Of a stretch of DNA of 64,000 nt, positions 1-9,234 are shown piece by piece. The notes under the pieces were generated by a model. It searched no databases, had not been told where the DNA came from, and worked only from the letters and a program-made list of their open reading frames with translations. Position numbers and translations under genes: made by a program. The stretch's first letter is position 1. Every line of letters starts with the position of its first letter. Location of the stretch: contig CAVRVY010000002.1 in assembly GCA_963724765.1 (NCBI GenBank), forward strand, positions 497,166-561,165. The letters are read 5' to 3'. This DNA is from an uncultured delta proteobacterium. GTDB lineage: Bacteria; Desulfobacterota; Binatia; Binatales; Binataceae.

Positions 1-127
1 ACTTGGTGAAGGTTGAGGTATACCGCCTGATGCATCTGGGGACTGCAAGCCATCAGCGCCATCTGGCGAGAATTAACGCCAGCCTTCATCCGGCCCCAGT
101 CGTCAAGCCTGAAGATCCTCACCGACA

Positions 128-225
128 ACGGCACGCGCATTCTCAAGTTCTATCTCCACATTAGTCCAGAGGAGCAGCTCGAGCGCTTCGAGCAGCGCTT
201 CGATGATCCGATGCGGCAATGGAAC
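128..225 (+). pseudogene. Internal fragment of a PPK2 gene, duplicating ~3964-4061
   Basis: aacggcacgcgcattctcaagttctatctccacattag...gagcagct...cgatga..cg.tgcggca.tggaa is a close copy of the NGTRILKFYLHISPEEQL segment of the PPK2 gene at 3484-4359. Confidence 0.8.
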
Positions 226-470
226 AAAAAGCTACGGTATTCATCATGGCTTCCATCGTCCTTACTAGAAGCATGCGCATCATGATTGCGTTTGGTGGTC
301 GCCGTGAGCTTGACGCTTGTGGCCCTGTTTACTTATGTGATGAGCGACGACCTGGCGTGATGGTCTCGCAGCCAACCGCAGCGCCGCTTTCAGGCGCCGT
401 CGAAAAATAACAGAGCTCCGGAGACTTTCATCATCAGAGAGTCATCTCAAGTGAGTACTGAGCGAAACCG

Positions 471-1067
471 ATGAGCGGGAAACCAAAACCTAATATCGTC
501 TCCTATCTGGGATTCGCCGCATGGCTTGTCTATGGCCTCTTGGGCGCGCGGGAGTTCTGGAGAACGGCAGCATGCGCAGGGTTGGTGATCATGCTGGCGA
601 TTGTCGCAAACGAGATTCGTACCCGGAGCGTCAAGATAATCGATTGCACCTCGCTCGCCTTTTTCATCCTTGTGATTTTCGAGCTCGCCACCATTGGTGA
701 AGGGTATTTCATTCGCTACCAGACCATCTTCGGATGGGGCTTATTCGCGGTAGCCGCATGGGTAACGATGATTGTCGGCGTTCCCTTCAGGCTTCAGTAC
801 GCTCGAGAGAGAGCGCCGCATGAGCTGTGGGACAAGCCATTGTTTCGCCGCGTTCAATTCCGCCTCAGTGTGGCATGGGCGATCATCTTCACACTCGATA
901 CCATTTTGGCAGCTATCGCACTCGGCGTTGGCCACCGATTGCTGCTGATCGCGGTCATACCGGGTGCGAGCATGTTTGTCGGCTTCGCGCTGACTGTGCT
1001 CTATCCAGCGTACTACCAACGCGAGTTCGCCACGCAAATGGTGCACGGGTCCGCCTCCGCTTCGTGA
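471..1067 (+). CDS. Multi-pass membrane protein of unknown function
   Basis: 198 aa with about 6 hydrophobic segments; first gene of the run with the ATPase and PPK2. Confidence 0.7.
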   Translation: MSGKPKPNIVSYLGFAAWLVYGLLGAREFWRTAACAGLVIMLAIVANEIRTRSVKIIDCTSLAFFILVIFELATIGEGYFIRYQTIFGWGLFAVAAWVTMIVGVPFRLQYARERAPHELWDKPLFRRVQFRLSVAWAIIFTLDTILAAIALGVGHRLLLIAVIPGASMFVGFALTVLYPAYYQREFATQMVHGSASAS

Positions 1068-1168
1068 AGGAACAGAGGTGACCACTTACGCCTAACACCA
1101 ATGGATCACTGAGCGGCCTTACGAGCGAAGAGGCCGCTACGCGGCTCAAGAAGTTCGGCCCCAACGCG

Positions 1169-3409
1169 ATGCCCGATACGACGGCGCATCCGTTGCGTTC
1201 GGCGTTGAGCAAATTCTGGACGCCAGTTCCATGGATGCTCGAGGCTGCGATCGTGCTCGAGGTGGTGCTCGGCAAGTACGTCGAGGCCGCGGTCATCGCG
1301 GCCCTGCTGGTGTTCAACGCCGCGCTCGGGTTTTTCCAGGAGTCGCGGGCCCAGGCAACTCTGGCCGCGCTGAAGTCGCGGCTGGCGCTGAACGCGTCGG
1401 TCCGGCGCGGCGGTGTTTGGACGACCGTGCCCGCTGTCGTATTGGTGCCGGGCGATATCGTGAAGCTGTCTTTGGGTGCTGTGGTGGCTGCCGACGTGCG
1501 CCTGCTCGAAGGGTCAGTTTTGCTTGACCAGTCCATGCTTACCGGCGAATCCATCCCTATCGACGCTGGTCCGGGCGTGCCGACCTATGCCGGCGCGCTG
1601 GTGCGTCGCGGCGAGGCGGTTGGGGAGGTCACGGCGACCGGAACACACACGAAGTTTGGACGCACCGCGGAGCTGGTCCGCACCGCTCATGTCACCAGTT
1701 CCGAGCAGAAGGCGGTTCTCCGTGTGGTGCGCAATCTTGCCTTGTTCAACAGCATCGTCATTGTCCTGCTGGTGGTATACGCCTACAGGCTCGCGATGCC
1801 GCTGGCTGAAATCATACCCCTGGTGCTGACCGCGATCCTCGCGTCGATCCCGGTGGCGCTGCCTGCCACCTTTACCGTTGCCGCAGCGCTGGGCGCACGC
1901 GCACTGGCGCGCCTGGGCGTGCTTCCGACGCGGCTCTCGGCCGTTGACGAAGCGGCAACGATCGACGTCTTGTGCGCCGATAAGACCGGCACGCTGACAC
2001 GCAACGAATTGACGGTGACGGCAGTCCGTCCTGCGCCGGGCTTCGACGAAACCGGATTGCTGGAACTAGCGGCGGTAGCGAGTGCGGACGGCGGGCAGGA
2101 TCCGGTCGATGCAGCCATTCGCACTGCAGCTTCGGGCAAGAGCGCCAAGCTGCCGAAATTGATTAAGTTCATTCCCTTCGATCCCGCAAAGAAGACCTCC
2201 GAGGCGACTGCCGTGGATCCAAGCGGGGGCGGCACCATACGGGTGGTGAAGGGAGCCTATGCCGCAGTGATCGGCCTTGCGCCATCATTGCCGGAGCTGT
2301 CGGGCACGGCAAAGGAACTGGAGGCGCAGGGCTTCAGGCTGCTCGCCGTCGCGACTGGTACCGCCGCGGCGATGCGCCTGGCGGGACTGATCGCGTTGAG
2401 CGATCCGCCACGCGCTGACTCGGCGGCGCTGGTCACGGAGATGCGCACTTTGGGCGTGCGCACCGTGATGGTTACGGGAGACGCTCCCGCGACGGCCGCA
2501 ATCGTAGCTCGTGCGGTGGGACTCGATGGAGTCGTTTGTCCACCTGGCCCAATTCCCGACGCTGTGACGCCTGAGAAATTTGCGGTCTTTGCCGGCGTCC
2601 TCCCCGAGGACAAGTATAAACTCGTGAAGGCCTTTCAGAAGGGCGGCCACAATGTTGCGATGTGCGGCGACGGCGCCAACGACGCGCCGGCCTTGCGCCA
2701 GGCGCAGATGGGAATCGCGGTATCGACAGCGACCGATGTTGCCAAGTCGGCGGCCGGTATAGTCCTCACCACGCCGGGACTCGGCGGCATCGTGGCCTCG
2801 ATCAAGGAAGGCCGCATGACCTTTCAGCGCATCCTGACCTACACGCTGAGCTCGGTTACCAAGAAGATCGTACAGGTGCTCTTCCTGGCGGTTGGTCTGG
2901 TGATGACTGGACACGCGATCCTGACCCCGATGCTAATGGTCATCATTATGCTGACCGGCGACTTCCTGGGCATGTCGTTGACGACCGACAATGTGAGTCC
3001 CTCGCCGGTGCCCGATGCCTGGCGAATCGGCAACTTGACGCTGGTGGGGATCTTTATGGGAGTTTGCGAGTTGGCCTATTGCACCGCCATTTTGGCCATC
3101 GGCAAATTCCGGCTGGGGCTTGGAATCGAGGCGCTGCAAACGATGGCCTTTCTCGCCGTTGTGTTCGGCAATGAGGCGTCGCTCTATGCCATCCGCGGAC
3201 GCCGACGGCTGTGGTCCACGCCAAGCCGCTGGCTTGTTCTGTCGTCGGTAGGGGATCTCCTGATCGCCTCGATATTGGCCGCCTGCGGGATCGTAATGAC
3301 GGCTCTGCCCGTCATTATTGTGGCCGGCATACTGGCCGCGGCAGTTGTCTTGGCATTCGTCGCGGATATCGCGAAATTCCCGGTCTTGAAGCGCCTTAGG
3401 ATCGCCTAG
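1169..3409 (+). CDS. P-type ATPase, H+-exporting (type IIIA-like)
   Basis: Motifs TGES, IPVALP, DKTGTLT, DPVD, TGD, GDGANDAPAL; in-frame GLTSEEAATRLKKFGPN upstream suggests the true start is near 1080. Confidence 0.93.
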   Translation: MPDTTAHPLRSALSKFWTPVPWMLEAAIVLEVVLGKYVEAAVIAALLVFNAALGFFQESRAQATLAALKSRLALNASVRRGGVWTTVPAVVLVPGDIVKLSLGAVVAADVRLLEGSVLLDQSMLTGESIPIDAGPGVPTYAGALVRRGEAVGEVTATGTHTKFGRTAELVRTAHVTSSEQKAVLRVVRNLALFNSIVIVLLVVYAYRLAMPLAEIIPLVLTAILASIPVALPATFTVAAALGARALARLGVLPTRLSAVDEAATIDVLCADKTGTLTRNELTVTAVRPAPGFDETGLLELAAVASADGGQDPVDAAIRTAASGKSAKLPKLIKFIPFDPAKKTSEATAVDPSGGGTIRVVKGAYAAVIGLAPSLPELSGTAKELEAQGFRLLAVATGTAAAMRLAGLIALSDPPRADSAALVTEMRTLGVRTVMVTGDAPATAAIVARAVGLDGVVCPPGPIPDAVTPEKFAVFAGVLPEDKYKLVKAFQKGGHNVAMCGDGANDAPALRQAQMGIAVSTATDVAKSAAGIVLTTPGLGGIVASIKEGRMTFQRILTYTLSSVTKKIVQVLFLAVGLVMTGHAILTPMLMVIIMLTGDFLGMSLTTDNVSPSPVPDAWRIGNLTLVGIFMGVCELAYCTAILAIGKFRLGLGIEALQTMAFLAVVFGNEASLYAIRGRRRLWSTPSRWLVLSSVGDLLIASILAACGIVMTALPVIIVAGILAAAVVLAFVADIAKFPVLKRLRIA

Positions 3410-3483
3410 AGGCGTGACTGAGCATCGGCAGTACCTAAAAAAAATAGTGCGTCGCTAGCCAAGTCTTAGGAGAACCCGCGACG

Positions 3484-4359
3484 GTGAACTACCGCAAGAG
3501 ATTCGTCGTCGAGCCCGGCGCCAAGGTCCGGCTCGGCAAAATTGACCCGGAATTCAAAGACAAGCACGAAACGAAGGACAGCGCGACGCTGGAGATCCAG
3601 AAGCATGTCGAGCGCATGGCCAAGGCGCAGTATCTGCTGTACGCCGACGGCAAGCGGTCACTGCTGGTCGTCCTGCAGGCGCTAGACGCCGGTGGCAAGG
3701 ACGGCGTGGTGCGCCACGTGTTCAGCGCCATGAACCCGCAGGGGACGTCGGTCTTTGGCTTCAAGCAACCGAGTGAGTTAGAAGCCGCACATGATTTCCT
3801 CTGGCGCGCCCACCTGCACACGCCTGGCAAAGGGGAAGTTGTGATCTTCAACCGGTCGCATTATGAGGACGTACTCATCGTGCGCGTGCACAAGTTGGTA
3901 ACGGAGGCGGTTTGGTCGAAGCGTTATGAGTTGATCAATGACTTCGAGAAGCTCCTCAGCGAGAACGGCACGCGCATTCTCAAGTTCTATCTCCACATTA
4001 GCCCAGAGGAGCAGCTGGATCGCTTCGAGCAACGGCTCGATGACCCGCTGCGGCAGTGGAAAATCAGCGAGGCCGACTACTCGGAGCGCAAGTTGTGGCC
4101 GGATTATATCGAGGCGTACGAGGACGCCATGGAAAGGACGAGCACTAAGCACGCCCTATGGTACGTGATCCCGTCCAACCACAAGTGGTTCCGCGATCTG
4201 GCCATCTCCGAGATTCTCGCCGACACGTTAGAGGACATGGAGCTGAAGCTGCCGCCAACGCGGGTGGACATTGCGGATATCCGACGCAAGTATCACACCG
4301 CGCAGGCGCAGCAGGCGCGGCGAGGCCACAAGCCGCCGAAGCAGTCGCGCAAGAAGTAA
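3484..4359 (+). CDS. ppk2: Polyphosphate kinase 2 family phosphotransferase (class III-like)
   Basis: QALDAGGKDG Walker A, HDFLWR, FNRSHYEDV, KFYLHIS, WYVIPSNHKW. Confidence 0.92.
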   Translation: MNYRKRFVVEPGAKVRLGKIDPEFKDKHETKDSATLEIQKHVERMAKAQYLLYADGKRSLLVVLQALDAGGKDGVVRHVFSAMNPQGTSVFGFKQPSELEAAHDFLWRAHLHTPGKGEVVIFNRSHYEDVLIVRVHKLVTEAVWSKRYELINDFEKLLSENGTRILKFYLHISPEEQLDRFEQRLDDPLRQWKISEADYSERKLWPDYIEAYEDAMERTSTKHALWYVIPSNHKWFRDLAISEILADTLEDMELKLPPTRVDIADIRRKYHTAQAQQARRGHKPPKQSRKK

Positions 4360-4442
4360 GCACGCCTCTATGAGCTAGTGGACGTGACACACGGAAAGCT
4401 GCAACATAGCGAGCGCTGCCCATTGCTCTTTGCCGGCAAAAC

Positions 4443-4519
4443 TGGCGCCCCCTGCGGGATTCGAACCCACGGCCCCAGGATTAGGAATCCTGTGCTCTAT
4501 CCATCTGAGCTAAGGGGGC
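4443..4519 (-). tRNA. tRNA-Arg(CCT), reconstituted at the left att site
   Basis: Cloverleaf on the minus strand: acceptor GCCCCCT/AGGGGGC, D arm GCTC/GAGC, anticodon arm CAGGA-TTCCTAA-TCCTG, T arm GTGGG-TTCGAAT-CCCGC, G-CCA end; 77 nt. Confidence 0.97.
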
Positions 4520-4521
4520 GC
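4481..4521 (+). repeat. Left att core (41-bp direct repeat)
   Basis: ttaggaatcctgtgctctatccatctgagctaagggggcgc, identical to 59483-59523. Confidence 0.95.
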
Positions 4522-4532
4522 GCCAATATTTC

Positions 4533-5795
4533 TTATGTTTTCAAGGCATTTAGCGGCTTTATCGATTTGAGCCGACCCGCCTGACGTGATTTAGTGCCCA
4601 CTTTTTGCCCACTTTTTTCGGGATTCGGGAGGAACCCCTGCGCGAAGCGGTCGGCCGCGCCCGTATCGGAATCCTTGAACCAGTGTGAATAGACCTTCAG
4701 CGTTACTGCCGGGTTCGAATGACCAAGGCGATGCTGCACCTCGGTGATCGGTGCGCCAGACGCTATCAGCCCGCTCGCATACGAGTGCCGCAACGTCTTG
4801 ATGTTGGCGTCCCTGAGCCCCGCGCGCCGCAGCGCGGGATATAAACCCTGGCGCAAGACATTCGAGCGATGCAGGGGTTGACCATCGAGGCGACAAAACA
4901 CCAGATCGTGTTCCGACCTCGGGCTCTGCAGCTTCCAAACCTTCAAGGCGGCAATCAGCCCCGCCGGCAGAGGCATCGTGCGATATCCTGAGCGCGTTTT
5001 GGGTTCGTAGAACTTCGGGCGCACACGGCCCTCTTCATCGGTCTTGCGTGCCCACGACAGCGAACGCCTCACAAAAAGCCGACCGTCGTCGAGTTGGATA
5101 TCGGTCCACTTCAGCGCGTAAGCCTCCTCGGGTCGCAGCCCTGTGGCCGCGACCGTCGCGAACAACGTACGGTGAAGGCCCGGCTCGGCATGATCGAGCA
5201 ATCTTCTGATCTCCTCGGCGGTCAGTACCTCGTCTGGTCTCACGGCCCGCAATCCTTGACCGCTCTCCGGACGGTCCGCGTCCGTAGTTACTTCTGCAAC
5301 CTCCCTACGTGGCCTCTCCGCGATTGCTGCCGGGTTCGTTGCGGTGTAGCCGCGCCGGATCGCAAGCTTAAACACCGCGGCACATGTCGTCAGAACCGCG
5401 CTCACGGTCTTGGCGCCTAGTTTCGTGCACAGCTCGTCGCGGACGCTCTCGATCAGCGCAACGTCGATCCGATCGAGCCGTAGGTTGTCGAGCTTCGCCA
5501 GGTGGCGCAGGTGAACACGCCAGCCTCCAAGCGTCGCGGGATGGCGATTCGATTTCTCGCGCATCCACTCTTCGCCGACCTTCGCAAAAGTTGGAATCCT
5601 CGCGGGATCGACGTACTCGCCGCGGGCGGCCTTGACGGCCGTGGTGGCGAGGTATTTTTCAGCGGCTTTCTTCGTCGGGAACTCAATCCGCTTCCGTGGT
5701 CCCGTCAGTCCTTGCGGCCGATAGTCGAGCCGCCAGGTGCAATCGCAATCGCCGCCCATGCATGCGGGCTTGTGATACCGCTTGATCAAAGCCAT
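4533..5795 (-). CDS. int: Tyrosine recombinase/integrase
   Basis: TGLRPEE (R), LRHSYAS (HxxR region), LGHSNPAVTLKVY (H, Y); N-terminal arm-binding-like region. Confidence 0.95.
   Translation of the reverse strand: MALIKRYHKPACMGGDCDCTWRLDYRPQGLTGPRKRIEFPTKKAAEKYLATTAVKAARGEYVDPARIPTFAKVGEEWMREKSNRHPATLGGWRVHLRHLAKLDNLRLDRIDVALIESVRDELCTKLGAKTVSAVLTTCAAVFKLAIRRGYTATNPAAIAERPRREVAEVTTDADRPESGQGLRAVRPDEVLTAEEIRRLLDHAEPGLHRTLFATVAATGLRPEEAYALKWTDIQLDDGRLFVRRSLSWARKTDEEGRVRPKFYEPKTRSGYRTMPLPAGLIAALKVWKLQSPRSEHDLVFCRLDGQPLHRSNVLRQGLYPALRRAGLRDANIKTLRHSYASGLIASGAPITEVQHRLGHSNPAVTLKVYSHWFKDSDTGAADRFAQGFLPNPEKSGQKVGTKSRQAGRLKSIKPLNALKT
4594..4613 (+). promoter_or_regulatory. Putative integrase arm-type sites (TGCCCACT x2)
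   Basis: Tandem TGCCCACT with 11-bp period; the same pair recurs at 59356-59377 near the other att. Confidence 0.6.
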
Positions 5796-5804
5796 GGCGT
5801 TACT

Positions 5805-6008
5805 TCACCTCTTCCCAGTCCGCGACCGTTTCTCGGCGGCAATTTTTTGCAGGAGTCTGGCGGTGGGTTCGGAGATCGCCATTTCGCCGCGCTCCCAGCG
5901 GGCCACGGTGTTCGAGGTTACTCCTATGGCCTCGGCCAAGGCCACCTGAGTCCAGCCGAGTTTTTCTCTGAGCACACGAATTTCCACACCGCTCATCACT
6001 ATACGCAA
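5805..6008 (-). CDS. Xre-family HTH regulator
   Basis: LREKLGWTQVALAEAIGVTSNTVARWERG. Confidence 0.88.
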   Translation of the reverse strand: MRIVMSGVEIRVLREKLGWTQVALAEAIGVTSNTVARWERGEMAISEPTARLLQKIAAEKRSRTGKR

Positions 6009-6032
6009 CGTATAGCAAGGCCGGTGGAAAAG

Positions 6033-6437
6033 TCAAGCGGCTTGGCTGGCGCGCGCGGTCAGAAAGCGTTGCACTTCTTCAATTTTAAAACGGACATAGT
6101 GACCGAGTTTGATAGAAGGCAGATTGCCCATCCGGGCCTGTTCCCTGACCCACGATTGCGGGACTCCAAAGAGCTTGGCGAGATCAGGGGCGCTCAGAAG
6201 GGCGCTGCCAAGGCTCTTGCTGTCGCTGTAGGCGATGCGCTCGCTCAGCATCAGGGCGAGCAGCGCACCTTCGAGGGTCTTGAGCGCTGCGACGCGCCCG
6301 GCAAGCTGGGTCAAGAGCTGGGGCACGGACTCGAGAACAATTCCCCTTGTCAGCGAGGGATCGGCCAGAAGCTCCTCGATAGTTACGGGCGATAGCGATG
6401 CCCGCGGCGTGGGACGATGCGGTGCTTGATACGACAT
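6033..6437 (-). CDS. Excisionase-like winged-HTH protein
   Basis: C-terminal LLSAPDLAKLFGVPQSWVREQARMGNLPSIKLGHYVRF; start uncertain; upstream of int. Confidence 0.78.
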   Translation of the reverse strand: MSYQAPHRPTPRASLSPVTIEELLADPSLTRGIVLESVPQLLTQLAGRVAALKTLEGALLALMLSERIAYSDSKSLGSALLSAPDLAKLFGVPQSWVREQARMGNLPSIKLGHYVRFKIEEVQRFLTARASQAA

Positions 6438-6994
6438 GAATACTCCGACAGCACAAGCGTTCCACACCTCCACAACAGACTCATCCACTGAATCATTGAG
6501 CAACCGCGATGCCGTTCTTCGACGCGCCCTGCGAGACACGGAGTTAGGCTCACGCGGTTTTGATTCGCCTCTTGCGCGAGAGGATTTGGCGATCAGACGG
6601 CGGAAAGGCCGGTGTGCATGTACAAGTTCTGCACAGGGAGCCGAAATCCCATGGAATTGGTTAAAGAATTCGCCTCCTCGGCCGATCCCGTATGCAAATC
6701 TTGCACATTTTGATTCACCCGATCTCGTCCGCCCTCAGAGCGGTTTGGACAAGCGCCTAGCGCAGCTACACGAGGATCGGAACGCGACGTTGGTCAAGGC
6801 TGGACGTGGTACAGACTTGTTTCGCTCTCAATTGCATGAAGTTTCATCAATTTCATTCGTCTAACTTTAATAAGCCGTCAGATGAGAGAAACAAATTGTC
6901 ATGACCTTATCAAGTTATCAATAGATTCACTAGTGCGATCATGGCCGTCGTGCGGGAGGGGTGATGGAGAGTCAGAAAGGTTCGCGAGCGAACC

Positions 6995-7969
6995 ATGCTA
7001 GTAGGCCGGTCGCCAGCGGCACGTCGGCTTATCAGCCTGATCGAACAAGTCGCCGCTACGACTGCTCCTGTCCTCATCACGGGTGAGACCGGTACCGGCA
7101 AGGAACTTGCCGCGAAATCCATCCACACGCGTTCCGCGCGCCGTGTCCGGCCATTTGTTGCGATCAATTGCGCCGCTGTACCGGAGAGCCTGGTCGAAAG
7201 CGAATTATTCGGGCATGAGCGTGGCTCGTTCACCGGGGCTCATCAGCAACAAGCAGGGTGTTTCGAGCGCGCAAATGGCGGCACGCTGCTGCTCGACGAG
7301 ATAACGGAGATGCGGCCTGAGATGCAGGCCAAGCTGCTCCGGGTGTTGGAAGAGAAGGAGATCAGGCGTCTGGGCGGGGGCCGGGAGATTCCAGTCGATG
7401 TGCGGGTCCTGGCGGCGTCCAACCGTCAGCCTCAGCGCGCCATCCGCGAGGGCCGGCTTCGCCAAGACTTGTACTTCCGGCTGTGCGTGGTTTCGATCGA
7501 GCTTCCGCCGCTGCGCGAACGGATTGAGGATGTGCCGTTATTGGCTGCGGAGTTCCTCCGACAGTTCAATCGGGAACACCGCAAGGCGGTTCAGGGAATA
7601 GATGAGGATTGCTTCGTCTCGCTCAAGGCCTACTCGTGGCCGGGCAATATTCGTGAGTTGCGCAACGCTATCGAGCGCGCGGTCATCTTGTGCCGCTCGT
7701 CGATGCTTTCCTCTGGTGATTTGCCGATTGATCTGGCCGACCAAGCTGCGATGGGGCGCGACCCGGATTTCACGATTCGGCTTGGCGCGTCGCTGAAAGA
7801 GGTCGAGGCCGAACTGATTTTCCGGACATTGGCATCCGTCGGCGGAAACAAGACCCGCGCGGCCCGCATTCTCGGCGTCGCACGGCGTAGCCTTTACAAC
7901 CTGCTCGAACGCCACGAAGGATACGCAGCGACCGGCGGTCCGAATGATAAGCGTACTCGCAATAGTTGA
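6995..7969 (+). CDS. Sigma54 enhancer-binding protein (AAA+ plus Fis HTH) without a sensory domain
   Basis: GETGTGKE, ESELFGHERGSFTGA, LLLDEI, WPGNIREL, GNKTRAARILG. Confidence 0.9.
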   Translation: MLVGRSPAARRLISLIEQVAATTAPVLITGETGTGKELAAKSIHTRSARRVRPFVAINCAAVPESLVESELFGHERGSFTGAHQQQAGCFERANGGTLLLDEITEMRPEMQAKLLRVLEEKEIRRLGGGREIPVDVRVLAASNRQPQRAIREGRLRQDLYFRLCVVSIELPPLRERIEDVPLLAAEFLRQFNREHRKAVQGIDEDCFVSLKAYSWPGNIRELRNAIERAVILCRSSMLSSGDLPIDLADQAAMGRDPDFTIRLGASLKEVEAELIFRTLASVGGNKTRAARILGVARRSLYNLLERHEGYAATGGPNDKRTRNS

Positions 7970-8640
7970 AATAGCGTTCGAATCGACGACCTGCTGATTA
8001 CGAAACTCTTCTCTACCGCGAAGATGGTGACAGAAGGTGACGCAGCGATTTTCGCGTGACCAAGAAATGCCTGTCAGACAGGGACATTCAGTGACAACCG
8101 CTGATTTTGAATCATCATCGAGGCCCAGGAAGCGCGCCATATCGGATTTTCCGCCAATGCAGGCATCGCCAGTGCCGTATCATGACCAGTCCTCAGGTCC
8201 TCGCGCAGCGTTCTCGCCAGATACTTGAGAATGTCCAGAAATCCGCGAGCCGCCGCAGTAAGCACCGCTTCGGTGACGACGCGTAGTGGCGCGGCGAAGG
8301 TCCGCCGCAGTCGCCCGGTATCGCAGTCAAGAACCTCTTTAACTCGCGCGAGCTTTCTGGATCGGACCGCGCGGATGAACCTGCCGACCGCCGCTTTCGA
8401 CAGATCGGGCGCCAGAGGGCCACCATTCTATCGCGGTCCGCGCGTTGTTCACCAAGTAAAAAGATGATCGGGGCAAGCATAACCATGCCCCACTCGCTTC
8501 ATCGTGCGCCGCGACAGCCCGTTCGGCTGAAGATCCTCGGCGCTTCGTGGCGGCGAGGCGATTTTGTCCTTGAACCATCCGAGAACCTTGCCCATGTGTA
8601 GCCTATAAGTTACAATCAACGAGGTTCGCAGGTATCAATA

Positions 8641-9234
8641 ATGGCTATCATCAAGATCAATCCAATCAGGATCGAGGGGCGATGGCGCTCCGGCATCGCG
8701 CTGGATCTGCACACAACGAGCAGCACGCCGATCGGACCTAACGAATTTGGACATATGCAGTTTGACACGGTGCGGCCAGCGATCGCTGAACTGCTTTATC
8801 GATTGAAAAACCGGGCCGACCGCGAGGCGGCGGTGCCAATAATTGAGACGGCGGCGAGCTTCTTGTCGGACCAGCGCGACAAATTCGACGCCATCGTGCC
8901 AGTGCCTCCGTCACACCACCGAACCGTACAGCCGGTTATCATTCTCGCTGATGGAATCGGAAAAGCGCTGAGCGTTCCAGTTCTCTCGTGCATTAGGACG
9001 ACTCGACCGACATCGCAGTTGAAGGACATCACTGAACCTGAGGAGCGGAAGAAGCATGTCGAAGGGCTCTATGAAGTGGACGTAGAGCAAACGCGCGGAC
9101 TAAAGCTCCTTCTTTTCGATGACCTTTTCCGTTCTGGAACGACCATGAATGCGATCACGGATATACTGCTCAATCCGGGCAAAGCGAGGGTCGTCCGTGC
9201 CCTGACCATCACCAAGACACGGAGCAAGCAATGA
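8641..9234 (+). CDS. ComF-like type I phosphoribosyltransferase
   Basis: IVPVPPS and PRPP-binding LLLFDDLFRSGTTM; ATGA overlap with the next gene. Confidence 0.85.
   Translation: MAIIKINPIRIEGRWRSGIALDLHTTSSTPIGPNEFGHMQFDTVRPAIAELLYRLKNRADREAAVPIIETAASFLSDQRDKFDAIVPVPPSHHRTVQPVIILADGIGKALSVPVLSCIRTTRPTSQLKDITEPEERKKHVEGLYEVDVEQTRGLKLLLFDDLFRSGTTMNAITDILLNPGKARVVRALTITKTRSKQ

Noticed and set aside
4378-4584. 68-aa ORF over the tRNA
   Set aside because: Antisense translation of tRNA-Arg
8163-8177. CGGCAC-N5-ATGC sigma54-like motif on the minus strand
   Set aside because: Points antisense into the activator gene with no credible ORF; likely chance in GC-rich DNA
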